A stretch of DNA of 64,000 bases from Balanoglossus misakiensis (GCA_040954595.2 CM082579.2:1873908-1937907), one strand, 5' to 3'. Numbered from the stretch's first letter, positions 49,001-63,184 are shown. Numbers and translations: made by a program. Notes: generated by a model not told the origin, from the letters alone.

Positions 49001-52000
49001 TTGTACATTGGCTCATCCATAACACTGAAACAAAGACAATCCAAACTGTGGTAGTAAATGCTTAAGACTAGAGGACGTCTACAACAGATCATTAGACACA
49101 CACATCTGCATCATTTCCACTTTCATCACACATCCCTGAGATAAAACTGACCAATCCTTCACCCTTACCACATCTCTGTTGTCTTCCAATGTTGAAAGTT
49201 GACTCTTGATCTTTGAAATCTCCTTCTCGTAACTGTTGCTTGGCACGTAGAGATCATACATGGATAGGGACCAGAACGTCACATAAAACTGTGGACTATA
49301 ACACAAGGACAAAGACATTTTTCAGGAATTCCACAGTCACTTTCTTGAAATTCACAATCAGCATATTTTTATTTTCAAAACTTTAAGAGAACACAAAGAT
49401 GCTTACTTGACATCATCCCACACTTTCGGTACGTGTAGTGTCCTCACAGATTCTATGACAGGTGTAAGTACTGTTTCCACTGCTTGGATGTAACGTTGCG
49501 ATTTTTGGCTTCCAGACTGCTTGCTACCCTTATCAGCCTTCTTCAATTCGTCGACTTTGGCCTGGAATTCACAGAGAGAAAATTTGTCAAAGTTACAATG
49601 ATGGAAAAAAAGGATACATATACTACCACATTCTTTACTCCAAAAAGCACACACACATACACAACTCCACAAGGCTAACTCAGTAACTTACAGCAATTGC
49701 ATGAGTGAACATCGGTCTGTACATGTAAAAGGCAGCATCTGGTGTGATGTGGCATCCCTCCACCATATCCCCAAGGGGTGGCAGTTTCTTTGTGTAATCT
49801 TCGGCTCCGAGCTGTGAGGCCAAGAAGCCACCAAACTGGACCAAAGTATCCTGGCACTGTTGAGAAATAACACACGAGGATGTGAGACCCACAGTGATGT
49901 CACGAGGGGCAGGCAGCCAATAACAGGGTATTATGCAACATACCTCTTTCCATTTTCTGCACTATGATTGGTGGAATCTGAATCTTATTTTCACTCACCT
50001 GGTCAAACAGTTTTCCAACCAGCTTCAGATGTCTCTCGCTCCCTTCTTTGAAAACAATACAATTTCTCTGCTGTGCCATAAGTAGACACAGAGGCATAGC
50101 AAGGTCATTTTCAAGCAGAGAATCTTTTAGCCTTTGGGAGGACTTCTTTGTATTCCTGACTTGTGAGAAGTAACCACCCTAGAAATGAAAACATCAAACC
50201 AAACAAACAGATATTAGACATGATGCACCCATTCACTCTCAGAGCCCATACACTCAGTCATTCAAGAATTCCAGTACTCTCCACAGTTACCAGGAGTGGT
50301 TTCTAATTCCTAGACTTTACAGAATTTTCTGTGCACAAACATTGCACAAAGCTGGATACTTACCTCAGCCCTGAGCAGTTCACCACCGGCCAATGCATCT
50401 AACTGATCCATTGTAATCTCTTCTGATGATTCAATACCCGACATCTTCTGTACAACTTCTTTCAATATTAACAAGTCAAAGCTGGAAGACAAAGCAGTTG
50501 CATTTTTCTATTATATGTTGTTGTTGCTGTTGTTGATGTTTGTAACAAAAATACAATAGCTGTGATAATTCTGGCACACATGTATCCCAGCTGTAAATTG
50601 AAAACAAACTTTAAAACTGCACACACCTTTTGCCAGCTTTTAGCTGATTGGCTACGTACTGTAGAAGACCAGACAGCTCAATACTGTACTTCCTAAAGAC
50701 AGCACCACAGAAACTTGCAAGACCTGCAAGAGTACATGAACTCACCATGAGCTGCAAATCATGACTTTCATTATCAAAGGCTCAGAGAGATGAATTACAC
50801 TACTTTGAGGTGAAAACATTCTTCTGTGTGGAGAAATAATAAAAAAACATTCTTGTAGTAACTCACTCTGTAACCAAGGTGATAAGTTTGTGTCTTCGTG
50901 TTTCATTCTTTCTTTCTCTGGATTTGCTAAAGCTTGAATAATACAATCTGATTAATCCAAGGTCAAGGGTCACAACATTTTGTCAGTTTCAGTCCGAATG
51001 GGCTGGATTCTAACCCTGCATAGGGCTAACACACTCATGCAACTATTCATACATTATGATCTCTTTAGACCAAACAAAATCCTACCAATAAAATTATAAG
51101 GTTTATACAGAAGTGTAACTCCTTGAGACTTCCTCATGGAAAGGTGTTCCCTTCATTTTTCCCAATTGATTGTGAAAGGATACATGCCAATACATCATAG
51201 GAAAGACTGGTAAGATATTTCAGTGAATCCACAACTGGGTTGATATAGTTATCATAGATCTGTATCTGAGATAAGACCTGCAAAAATGTATAAGACATGA
51301 AGTAAACATTAGTATCAGAAAGATGTCATCTTTCAGTGGCCAGTGTTTTTCGCATATGAGCTAACCAGGCGCTTCTCAGGGTGCTGAGGTATATTAAGAT
51401 CCAGTGACCAGAAACTGAAATGAGTTGCAAGCACATACTTACATGTTCAAACATTACACCTGGATTGGCATGGCTGAGTTTGCCAATCTGCCTGCCAAGT
51501 GGTTTCACATTCTCCTTGGTCAACCGTTTCATGATGTACTTTGATTTATCAATGGTATTGGCTTTGATCCTGATCAGCTGTGGGTGCAATGCATATGTTT
51601 CGTTCTTCCACTGTCCGTACAGGCGATACCTGTGACAGATAGAGAATATATTAATAACTTGCCAATCATTTAATTCCACAAATTGTTTTTAATTATTTTG
51701 TCTTGTTTAATCAGTGTGTTCTGTGATGTAATGCAATCAGAATAAAAGAATTGTAACCTTGAAATAAATATCCAATTATAGTTACCTGAATTCATAAGGA
51801 AATGTCTTGAGCAAACTCCAGATTTCCTCTGACATACAGGCATTACAATCAAGCAGTGACAAAGATGGTAGGAGAACGTCATCTACCAATGTCAGGAGAC
51901 TAAAAAACACTTCATCCTGTAAAAGAAAAACAATGTTACTACAAAGTTCACTTCATTCACCATGACAAGAAGTTTATTACGTCTACTACGACTGGCTTGC

Positions 52001-55000
52001 CTCATTTTTCTGTTTTTAAATTTGACACTAAGAGACAGATAAAGACACTTACCTTATCCTGATCTTTTCCAACATCACTGTGTGCGTTGTACTGTAAGAA
52101 TTAATAAACAATAATCAGATCAAGATTAAAATAGGCAATGTTTATTACAGTGCTTCAGTGTAGTGTTCACAAATAAAAAATTAATCACATGCACATGGTC
52201 ACAAAAGTAAAAATGTCCATACACTTACATTCTTCATGAAAGCCTTGCCTATACGTAGAAGCTTGACCATGAGAACTGGATCATGCATCATGTAGGGTCC
52301 CAGGTAGGCACATATCTTGCACACATCTCCGACTAGGTCTGTAAATTGTTGCACGGGTCTGGGAGCTTTGCTGTTTTTCATCAAAGTTGCAGCCTTACGC
52401 TTAGCGCCTTTGGGAACACAATACCTGAATTGAGAAAATGAGATTGATTAATGAATATCAAATGTAGAAATACATCAAGCCCCCTACAAATAAGATAAAA
52501 GTTTTGCACATTTTACTATCCATCACTATTATCCGTATGGTCCAGATGTGATGCTTGGATATTTCACAGTCAGCATCTGGACACTACACTCCGACCCTTC
52601 TCAACTCCAAGACATACACTGGTTAACACCTGTTACCTTACCTTCTGTACACTGGTTCAATGGTTGCATGTATGAGATCGGCCATGGCTAAAGCTATCGA
52701 CTTCTCCTTCGGGGCTGTAAATGATGGCATCCTGTCCATTAACAACTTGGCGTGATGCCAGTCGCCAAGTCTGAGCAGCGCTTCACACAGACCAAGCTTC
52801 TGATTATCTGTGGGCTGAAAAGTTAGGTTTATATTAGTGCAATGAAAGACAGGAGCTAAAATCTTCGGATGGAACATTTGGCAAGGAGAATGAAAACTAA
52901 CACAGGATTCACTCCTATAGCTGCACAAAATCTCACCTGGTCTGGTTTCTCCTCTTTATCACCTGCTTTCGAGTCATTTTTGTCAGACAATATCAGCATA
53001 CTCATCTTCCTGGCATACTGCCTGGCGGACATCATGCTTTTCTTGTGTTGCTGCAACATGTCGCTGTCGGTCGGTGAAAGCTGCAATGGAATATCAATGC
53101 ACATCATCAGCTGAATCAATGCAATACTGCAATAGAAGTCACTCACCACATTTTCATTGATGTCAGCGGATTTCATGAATGTGCAATAAATCTACCAGCA
53201 GTCTTTTGAACTTTAACGCTACAGAGACACTTGAGATACAGAATTGTCTAGTTTTACATGATAACAGAGTGATGCTGTTGTGGTATGGTACTTACATGTG
53301 GGTGGATGTCATCCAGAGATATCAACTCATGTTGTAACAGCAATGCAGTCACCTTGTACAATGACACTGGTGTTATGCTGTCAGGAGTTTCCTAAAAATA
53401 GAATGATGCACATAAATCAGCCTGATAATACTATTGAGTTTGAAATAATATGTTTGTTAGTGTTACTTCTGGACTGAAAAGTACCGGGGGTAATACACAG
53501 TTTCAGTCATGTGGCATGAACTTTGGACATTTTTTTATTTTGTGACTGGTCATGAAACACTTACTGTATAGAAGTGAAACTTGAACCCCATGATTTGGCA
53601 TAGAGTGTTGGCATCGCCCATATAAGATTCAAGTAGAGAAACAAAGAAGGCATCCAACTGGGGTCGGCATTCAAAGGCTTCTAAAATGACATCTAATACT
53701 CTGTTTGGATCTAAACTGAAGTAACCTGAAAAGACAAGAAAAAATAACATTCTTTATAAAAAGACACTGTGGCACAGAAAATGGTGAAGGCACAGAAATT
53801 TTGAATTACGTAAGAATAACGCAAACAGTAGAAACATTCCACAGATAGAGAATTTCCTTACCTATGAGTGATTTGATATTTTCCAGTATAACAGCGCTGG
53901 CTTCAAGATTTGGAACATTTTGTTTCAGTTCGGTGACTAACTTGGCATATCCTTCATTGGCCTCTCGCAGTAAGTTGAACTTCTGCTGTTTGTAACTTGG
54001 GTGAGAAGAGAAAAATCTTGCTTAATTTTGCAGAGATAAAAAACTTAGTCATACATATTGAACTACTAGGTTGAGTCACTTGTCATCTGAATGGAATGTT
54101 ATAAACATCAGTACCATCTATCAATGGGTACATGTATGATTTTTGAGCCCTTTATTTGACAAATTAATTCCATTATCTTCTGAATATTTTTTCATACTTA
54201 CAAAAGTTTTGTTTTCAGCTTCACATATTTCTGGTTAAACTGCTTCTGTGACTGAATGAGACCAACTGATTCTAATGTTTCCAGATCAAAACGTTCCTTG
54301 ACGAGCGACTCTGGCAGGAAATTCTGCAAAAGCAAAAACAATCAATGTAAGAAATAAAATTTACAATATCAGCATTGACTTTTAATATGGACACTAAAAA
54401 CATAAATATCTGAGTTTCTGGTACATGAACTCCACGTATTAAATTACCTGTAAGATATTGATATCTCTAACTTACCATACATGCATTTAGCAAACTCAGA
54501 AAGCGATCTCTTTGTTGCTTTTCTGCTTTATCATCAGAACTAGACGTCTCAATATCTGAAAACAAAAAGTGCATGTTACTATTAAATTGAGTACTACATG
54601 AAATATTACAACTCAACTTGTGCAATCAACCATTGTCCCATTACAAACCTATCATCATCCCTATCTCTGAATCTCTTACCTATTATATTGAAGACATCAG
54701 TCAGCAATGATGTCATGTCTGCTCTTAGATCCTGGAGGAAACAAACACCAATCAAAATATGTTACAAACATATATCAACAAACATACAAGCAACAACACA
54801 GTGAGCAATGATACTTCATCAAAACCAATATAATTCTGCAATACAAATGAACACATGGCAGAGCATTGGACCTAGTCAGTTGACCACTTTCAAACTGCAA
54901 GATGCATCTGATAACCTTTGAACACAAAAGTAAGACAATACTCACAGCTATATCTCCCAGTGCATTCACAGCACTGTCTTGTTTCAATGTGCCATTTACA

Positions 55001-56098
55001 GCATGCCAAGACAACTCATATAAGGCACGCTTTATATCTGATTTGAAAAGAGAACATGTCAAAAATTAGGATACATTCATATATTGACTATTCCCTCATG
55101 GCAATATGTTCTGTGATAAATGGGCATAGTATTGTGTATGTGTTTATTTACAGTCATTACAGCAGTCGCATGCTGAGTTCAGGTGGGTGTTTAGACAAGC
55201 TATTACATTGTATCTACATCACTGCATGTCTATATCAAATTTGCCCAAGTTTTTCAAGAGGATGCCAGGCCCCTGTTACAATCAGAGAGGAAAACGTAAA
55301 CTAAACTGGTGTACCTTTTGCACCGATCACTACCAGGCCCTCTGGTTCAGTGTGTACAAGATTCCGGCAAAGTCTTATACTGAAAAAAAGAATGAGATAT
55401 ACTGTGTTAGCCCATTGTTGCCCAGGTGTATTCAGATAAAATAACGATCAGTACTGTAACCTTGACTACGGATGATGATGATCTGGAGAGTAGAAGGGGT
55501 AAATTCGTGTACACGTATATCTGTTACATCCACGCTATCTTAATGCAGCCACAGAGTCGAGCACCAACATGCACTCCAGCGTTCACAAATGCACATCACT
55601 TCAATTTTATTGAAACAATCGACGTCAAAAGGGCCAGACGAAACACTACATCATGCCCCGTTTAACCCGCGCGTTTGCACATCATCCTGATCATCACATC
55701 TATGCAGAATGAATTGCACGTACTTTGTGATCATACCCTGATCAACTAGAGTATCTGACTTTAAAAACGTTAAAAGGGCCAACATATTCTTCATTTGTAA
55801 ACTATTTTCATCGTAACAAACGCGAGCGTGTCTCATGAGCACCCATCGCACATGTGCATTCGACAATTTGCATGTGACTGCGTCCATATTTCGGAATGGA
55901 CCGGTGCGTGACCCCTCGACAAATGCCAGTAACTCGTGATCTGAAAGAGCGTACCCGCTGCCAGGATCACAACGTACTACTTGACTGGCAGGTGATATAA
56001 CAAAGTAATCGACAAAGAAATCAAGCCACTTACAAGTCATTTTTGCCGTTTTTCTCCCAATTTTTACAGCTATCTGCGGACACATAGAGAGCCGCCAT
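43084..56098 (-). CDS. THOC2: THO complex subunit 2 (TREX), many short exons
   Basis: Starts [22 protein letters not shown]|IRLCRNL. Conserved blocks: [110 protein letters not shown]. Charged R/D/E/K C-terminal tail. The last exon 43111-43084 (HSSSRKKSR*) is joined through a U12 intron. Confidence 0.97.
43112..43319 (-). other. U12-type (minor spliceosome) GT-AG intron, last coding intron of THOC2
   Basis: Donor GTATCCTTT at 43319. Branch-site-like TTCCTTAAT ~11 nt before the CCCAG acceptor. Splicing keeps the frame. Confidence 0.88.
50948..51183 (-). other. U12-type GT-AG intron in THOC2
   Basis: Donor GTATCCTTT at 51183. CCTTGAC branch-like motif before the ATCAG acceptor. Splicing restores the conserved [21 protein letters not shown]. 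Confidence 0.88.
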
Positions 56099-56158
56099 TT
56101 TGAAAACAACAACCGAACACCCGGATGTTCTTACCCACAATGCAATAATTTATTGCAA
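56099..56158. promoter_or_regulatory. Compact bidirectional promoter between THOC2 and ALKBH8
   Basis: 60 bp between divergent ATGs. YY1-like CAAAATGGCGGC over the THOC2 ATG, ETS-like CCGGATGT at 56121-56128, ZNF143/Staf-like TACCCACAATGCA at 56132-56144. Confidence 0.7.
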
Positions 56159-59100
56159 ATGGCAGCCTCCACGGTCGAAAACGTTGCCTCTTTGAGCAAA
56201 ACACAGTTGCAAAAATTAAGACGAAAGCAGCTGCGATCGCAGCATATCTTGATGAAACATGAAGGGATCAAAGCAACCGAGCAAAAAACAGAGGTAAAAG
56301 AACCCCCCCCCCCCATCCCCACAACACACGGGTTACCAGGGTTACGGGATGAATGAATGAAAGAATGCATGAATAAATACACTGTGTAGCAAAATATTGC
56401 TTGAATCCATTTTCTTAAATATTGCCTTCAAAGTTTCAACCGACTTTTCGTTTGTTACAGAACATTTATGTCGCCAATGGGGGTCTTGGCAATGGCATAC
56501 AAAGAAGTGAACTGGAAGATATCTTCAGTCCTTTTGGCAAAATAACAAAAGTGATTATGCCTCCAGAGAAACCATATTCATTTGTATCTTTCCAAGATGA
56601 AGAAGGGGCTGGGAATGCATTTGATCATTTACAAGGAAAACAGTTGAAATGTCCTGAAGAAACTGCAGTAAATGATGTCACATTGTATTTGTCTTATGTA
56701 CTCAGGGGTAAGAACATTATACATGATATACTGATAAAACATGATGAAATTAGTGAAAACATCTTGTCAGTTTTAGTTGATTATGTACACAACCATTTTA
56801 ACAAGACATAATAAAATTTTCACAGTTCCAACATTACACAGCAGTTGTGGAAATCTCCCACAAGGACTGATCATCATTGACGAATTTGTTGATGTGGATT
56901 TGGAAAAAAGACTTCTTGAAAGTATCACCTGGGATAATGAAGAACAAGCTGGAAAAGAAGGTAGAAATACATCATGTCACTGTTAATTTAAATATTATGA
57001 AACTTTTTATTAAATTCTACATTTCTTTACCTATTGACAAGATTGACATGGTTTTGTGGCATACTTGTATCATATTCCACTTCATGATTCACAGCTCAAA
57101 AGATCCTAAAACATAGAAGAGTGAAGCATTATGGGTATGAATTCAGATACGATAACAACAACATAGATAAGGATAAACCATTGCCTGATGGGATACCAAC
57201 CATATACGGTGCAGTGATTGGTGACATCATGAAAACTGGGCATGTGCAGAACAGACCAGATCAGATAACTGTCAATCAATATCAGCCTGGCCAAGGTGGG
57301 TGTGACCTTTTATAGATACTATGATCCAAATAGCTTATTCTAGATATCAATGCATAGGCTGTCATAGTACAAATTAAGATTGACAGAGATATGTGCTTAC
57401 ATTATTTCATTTCATTCCAGGTATTCCTCCACACATTGATACCCATTCAGCTTTCCGAGATGAGATCATCTCACTCAGTCTTGGTTCTGATGTGAGTAGT
57501 CATATGGTTATTTTTTCCAGTTACATTTCTTGATTAAATGAAGTTTTAATAATAAAATGCTTAATGTGCTTTGATCTGGTTATTTTTTAGGTTGTGATGG
57601 ATTTTAAGCATCCTAAAGGTCAACACATACCAGTGCTGTTACCCCAAAGAAGTCTGTGCATAATGACTGGAGAAAGCCGGTACCTATGGACTCATGGGTA
57701 TGTATGTACAAGCTCTCTTCTAGTCTTTCACAGACAGCATATTCACAGAAAATAGGTCTGAAGTGAAGTGTTTTTCTCTCACCATCTTCTTTCTTATTTG
57801 ACAACAAATTACTAGAATCACCCCCAGGAAAAATGACGTCATTCCTGCTGCAGTTACCACTGGAGAAAGTGATGATAGCGGACTGACCTTACAAAGACGT
57901 GAAACAAGAACTTCATTTACATTTCGTGCCATTAGACATGGACCATGTACCTGTGGTAAGTCCACCATCTCTTTTTTACTACATGTGTACTACATGTACT
58001 ACTACATGTAATAATATAGACATCACAAGACATAAAGAAACTTGCTTGTACAATGGCTTATCTTACTGCAAGGAGATGGATGGAGGTAAAACAAGATAAA
58101 TACTTGTCAGCAAGCATTTCAAAAATTGCCATGTTTATGATTGCTTTGTTGACAGCCTATCCAGAGAAGTGTGACTCTCAACAGAACAAGTCATCAGATC
58201 AAGACGTTGGTGCAGAGCAAAGCAAGAGTTCTCTGCCACAGACTGATCAAGAAGCATCTTCACTGGAGAAGGAACATGTACATGAAGTGTATGAAACCAT
58301 TGCCAAACACTTCAGTGACACGAGGCATACACCATGGCCAAAAGTTGTGGAGTTTCTGAATCAGCAGCCAGACGGTGGTGTCTTTGCTGACATTGGTGAG
58401 TGAGGTTATGCGTCAGAAATTCCTGCAAATTCAAATAAAAGCAAATATCAGCTTTTAAAACATTTTTTGATTCATTATTTACCAACAACTGATCAAGAGC
58501 TCACCTGTGATGCTTGCTTTGTATTGTCAGGATGTGGAAATGGAAAATATCTTGGTGTGAACAAATCACTTTTTGAGGTGAGTTTACAGTGATATATGGT
58601 GGTATGCTTACTCAATCCACTGCCAGTTTTGCCAAGTGCAATTACACATTTCAATTCTTGTAATCATTAACAATCCTCCTTCTTTCAGATTGGTTGTGAT
58701 CGCAGCTACAATTTGGTTGAAATCTGCAAGGACAGGCAGTTTGAAGCATTTGTCTGTGATGCATTATCTGTACCTCTGCGCAGCAACAGTTGTGATGTAG
58801 CTGTATCCATTGCAGTAATTCACCATCTCTCAACACAGGTACAGTATTATGATACTAACCATGCCTCCCGCAATCTCAGGGACACTTGTGTAATGAATTC
58901 TCTCAACCCAAAACAAGACTTGTTTATTTCCCATCTCATGATCTCATTCGACTCCACAGGAAAGAAGATACAAGGCCATCTCTGAGATTGCAAGAATTCT
59001 AAGACCAGGTGGACAAGCACTGATTTATGTCTGGGCCATGGAACAAGAAATGCACAAGATCAAGTCGAAATATCTCAAAGAATCTAAGCTAAGGAATACT

Positions 59101-59586
59101 GATGGTGAGGATAACAGCACAGTGGTGGATTCTGCTGAAGGTGCATGTAGAACATGTGATGGAGGTGCCTACAGTGCCAGTGCTAATACATGCAATGACA
59201 TACAAACTGGAGAAGGATGTGCATGTATTGAGGATAGTGTTGATGGAAAACCTGACAAAGCATCACCACAAGCAGCAACTCTCCCAATCCACGTCAACAG
59301 AACTGCTTTTGTTAAACAAGACATGCTTGTCCCGTGGCATCTCAAAGACAAATCTGCAAAGAAAAAACAAGGCAAGCAGAAAAAGATTGATGATACCAAG
59401 ACAGCAGAAGATGCAAACAAGGACACTGCAGTGGCCCAGAAGGCATCAATCTTCCATAGGTTCTATCATGTCTTCAAGAGAGGTGAATTGGAAGCCTTGT
59501 GTGGACAGTGCCAGGATTTGAAGATTGTGAAAAGTTATTATGATCAAGGAAATTGGTGTGCTGTTCTTGAGAAGCTGAAATTATGA
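56159..59586 (+). CDS. ALKBH8: AlkB homolog 8, tRNA wobble-uridine methyltransferase/dioxygenase, 11 exons, ~699 aa
   Basis: Exons: 56159-56293, 56461-56707, 56826-56960, 57095-57295, 57421-57491, 57591-57697, 57816-57955, 58156-58395, 58531-58577, 58689-58838, 58960-59586 (2100 nt). RRM ([15 protein letters not shown]). AlkB domain ([36 protein letters not shown]). Cys cluster ([12 protein letters not shown]). Trm9-like methyltransferase ([38 protein letters not shown]). AATAAA at 59701. Confidence 0.97.
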
Positions 59587-60500
59587 AAAGTGATACATGT
59601 ATCTCATAATTCAAAGTCTAACAAAAATGTAAAGTAAAACTGTTCAACCAAGTGAATTTTAATGTGAAATGTTAATGCAAGAATTTGTTTCTGTTTTATA
59701 AATAAAGATCAACTTACATACAATTCTCATGTGTTGTTTCTCTTTCTGTTATTTTTTTGTTGAAATCTTCACGCTTAAAACAATTGGATTCAGAATCATC
59801 ACTGCTAGGAATCTCTTGGGAATAAAATTATATAGCGGTCCTGTTAGAGACGATAAAAAGTCTTATAAGTAAAACAAAAGTTTGCGCTTACACCATTCCA
59901 ATTTACATGGTGGCGCTGTTTATCAGTTTGTTTACATTGAGTAAAGAAATACAGAACTATCAAACATTTTCTTGGTGATCGTCTTGCAGGCGATTTCACG
60001 ATCTTGTTTACATCGTTTTCTGCTTTATTTGCTGGGCATACTACCAATCAACACTATTGTAATGTGAGTATTGTTTCAGTTATTTAATAAATGAGCACAT
60101 ATGTCACCGTGGTTCTACAGGTACAGCATATCACATATCTATCCTGACCGGTAGGCCCGATCAGGGCCGATGTTATCCCACATTGATATGGGGACACTGA
60201 GGAACTGATCAGTTTCTTCAATCAGGAAGTGAGCGGGTCGGTCAATTTGCTTTCTTGGCAATCGGTGCACGTCAAAAATCGAAAAAAGTGAAACAGGTTG
60301 ATCTCCTCTGACAAATAAAAACAATTAGGGTGACCACGCCCCCTGGGTGTTCTTCTGACAGATTGCACTTTAACAACCTAAGTGACTAACATTACAATTT
60401 TCTCTTTCATGTCTGGTATTAGACCTACCTTATTGTGGCACTTGGTATGCACACCAGGAGACAAAGGCCGAGTGAGGCTTGATTCTCCACCCATCATACT

Positions 60501-63184
60501 ATGTGGTCGTGGCAGAAAGCCTGGTTCTACATCTACTTCACCTTCCTACGAGGGATGATCAAATGGTTTCTGCATAAAATTACTGGTGCTTGCGAACTGC
60601 AGAGAATCTGTAGGGAATATGAAGTTGGGGCTCCGAGGACCAAGAAGATCGGTAAGATAACCAAGAAGTGTTTGGCATGATGGAAGATATCAACATGCAA
60701 CATTAATTTAATGAAACACATTGTTGAAGTAAAAGTATTAAACATCAGAATATCTTACTTTCTGTCGGGCACAGAATCTTCTATCAAGTATTCCCACACT
60801 GCTGTTATCAAGAGAGCTATGACTGATGAAGTCAGTATAGATGCCTCTGTTACTAACATCATGGCAATAAAGGGAATCTATGCAGAGGAAGACCCTGGGT
60901 AAGTAATTCATATACATTGTACATATTGTTTCATAAATACACTTCAGTACGCTAAGACACTCACGGAACATAGTATGATTGAACATGTTTCAACCATTTT
61001 GTAATGATTCCTGTTTCTCACAATTGCTTTCACAGATTTGCTCCTGCACTTACAGTGTGTCTTACACAAATACATGGATATAGGAAACTGATAACTGCTG
61101 TGGAACTTCTCAGAAAAACAAAGTACAACTCAGATGATGCACAACATGAAAAGCTACTGTTGCAGGTGAAATTGTCTTCAAGAAGTGGTTTAACCCCTTA
61201 GAAATCAACCACTCATGTGAAACACCCGTGGCATGCTGGAGATGTGTCTGGCATCAGGAAAACATAAGCAGTGAATTAAGGATGAAAGGTCGAGCGCCCT
61301 CACACAATGTCATAACATGAAAGCACTCATAGTACACAAGGATCACCTCAAAATGACCAATGACACAATGTCAGAACATGACTGAAATGTTGTTTTTTCT
61401 GATTTGACCTTTTAGTTATGGGAACTACTTATGCCGAATACCAAATTACAAGGGAGAATCACAAAACAGTGGAGTGAGATTGGTTTCCAAGGAGATGACC
61501 CGAAAACTGACTTCAGGGGAATGGGTAAGCATAATGATAATGACTTGTGCTTGCAGTTGACGTTTCCCAGTAAGTTGTGTGTGAGAGAGTGAGTGACAGA
61601 GACTCAGAGAGAGAGAGAGAGAGAGAGTTGAATGATTGGCATACAGAGCATAACAGCACAGTTACATACTTTTTACCAAGTTTTCATCATTCATTTTCAT
61701 TATCTAACTGTAGGTATGCTTGGACTTCAAAACTTAGTGTAAGTATCAGTCAGTTATATTCACTGAATATTTATTTCCAGCAAATTGAGACTAAAATGAA
61801 AAGAGGATATTAAATAGTGAGTATCTCTGATTCTGTTGTGAAAGAATCTGTGGAATTGTATTAAAGTTCTCCTGCTTCAAGTAATATTTGTCTGTCCTCT
61901 TTTCAGTTTCTTTGCCAGCCATTTTAACAGTGAAGCGAGGCAGACATTGTCACATTCACACCACCCAAAGTTTGGGTAAGTAAGGTTATCTAGGATTGAA
62001 CCACCCCCCCCCCCCCAACCATACCTTAAACTATGGGAAGCTTTGCCCATTTCTATGATGGTAAACATTTCTGATGATCACAATGAAAATACATGTACCT
62101 GAATACGAAGCTGAAGTATCAATGCAAGTTAGACAAAACAGAGTTGTGCCCCATAACTGTAATTGTAAAACCCATTTCTCATCCTCTTCAGGTACTCTTT
62201 TGCAATTGTGGGTATCAACATCACCAGCATGGCATGCAATCTATTACACCAGGGAGTTCTCAAAGTCCACTTCTATAATCTGACGCACGGTGAACCAACG
62301 ATGAGTCAGTTCCACCGGACATACTGTAAATACCATCATGTTTGCTGCTTTGTTGTTTGTTAGTTAGTTCTCCCATGTTTGTGGTGTATCATTTTTACGG
62401 GCTAATGTTTCTGACACATAGTCAATATGTTATACTCTGTGGGTATTATGAATACATCTACCTGCACATTTGTTTATATTATTAAAATCATATAATGAAT
62501 GTCCCCTTACACAGAAATGCATACACATCTAGTCTGTTGAAATTATTCTAAGTACAGAATAGTAAAATCCTTCACTTTGTACATCATGCCAGCACAGCAA
62601 AATGGTGTATCAACATCAAGTAACCATAAATGTACACAGTATGCTTATACCATCATCATTACCAGCACAAATGAAAGTACAGATAAATTCTGTTTGGCCC
62701 ATAAGGACAGTCCTCAGCTGTACCAGTGACTTTTCTCATATTTTTCTGGATCCAGAAATGTCAAACACTGCCATATGGCATGCATCCTATCATTGAATAT
62801 TTATGAAGCAGAGACATTCATATTTACTGGATGTTGTGACGCCATTTTTGATTGGTCGACGGGTGGAGGCATAGTTAAATGGAGGCAGTTGCCAGCCAAT
62901 CACTGTGTCTTTCAGTTTTCCGACATTGATTAGACAAGTGTCAAAAATAACCATAGGAAACAACACCAGCTGTCATTTTGGACATTTGTCTATAGTTAGT
63001 GTGTTCTTTCCATTTGTTTATTAATGTAGGTTACCTCCTGTTTGAATTTGACAAGTTCTGGTTGGAGGAAAAACCGAAAGATGTCATGGAATTCAGCCGC
63101 ATCAGAGACAAGTTCCAAAAGAAAATAATCAAGATGCTGAAGGACCAGCATGTGGTTCTTGAAGGAACTTTCTTCAAGGAGTGA
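60501..63184 (+). CDS. ELMOD2: ELMO domain-containing protein (ELMOD1/2 family Arf-GAP), 8 coding exons, ~298 aa
   Basis: Exons: 60501-60651, 60775-60898, 61036-61165, 61416-61524, 61714-61738, 61907-61975, 62192-62325, 63030-63184 (897 nt). Motifs: TGACELQRI, QWSEIGFQGDDPKTDFRGMGMLGL, GYSFAIVGINIT, YCYLLFEFDKFW. Probably co-orthologous to vertebrate ELMOD1 and ELMOD2. Confidence 0.93.
61607..61627. repeat. (GA)n microsatellite in an ELMOD intron
   Basis: Dinucleotide run in the intron preceding the 25-nt exon. Confidence 0.85.
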
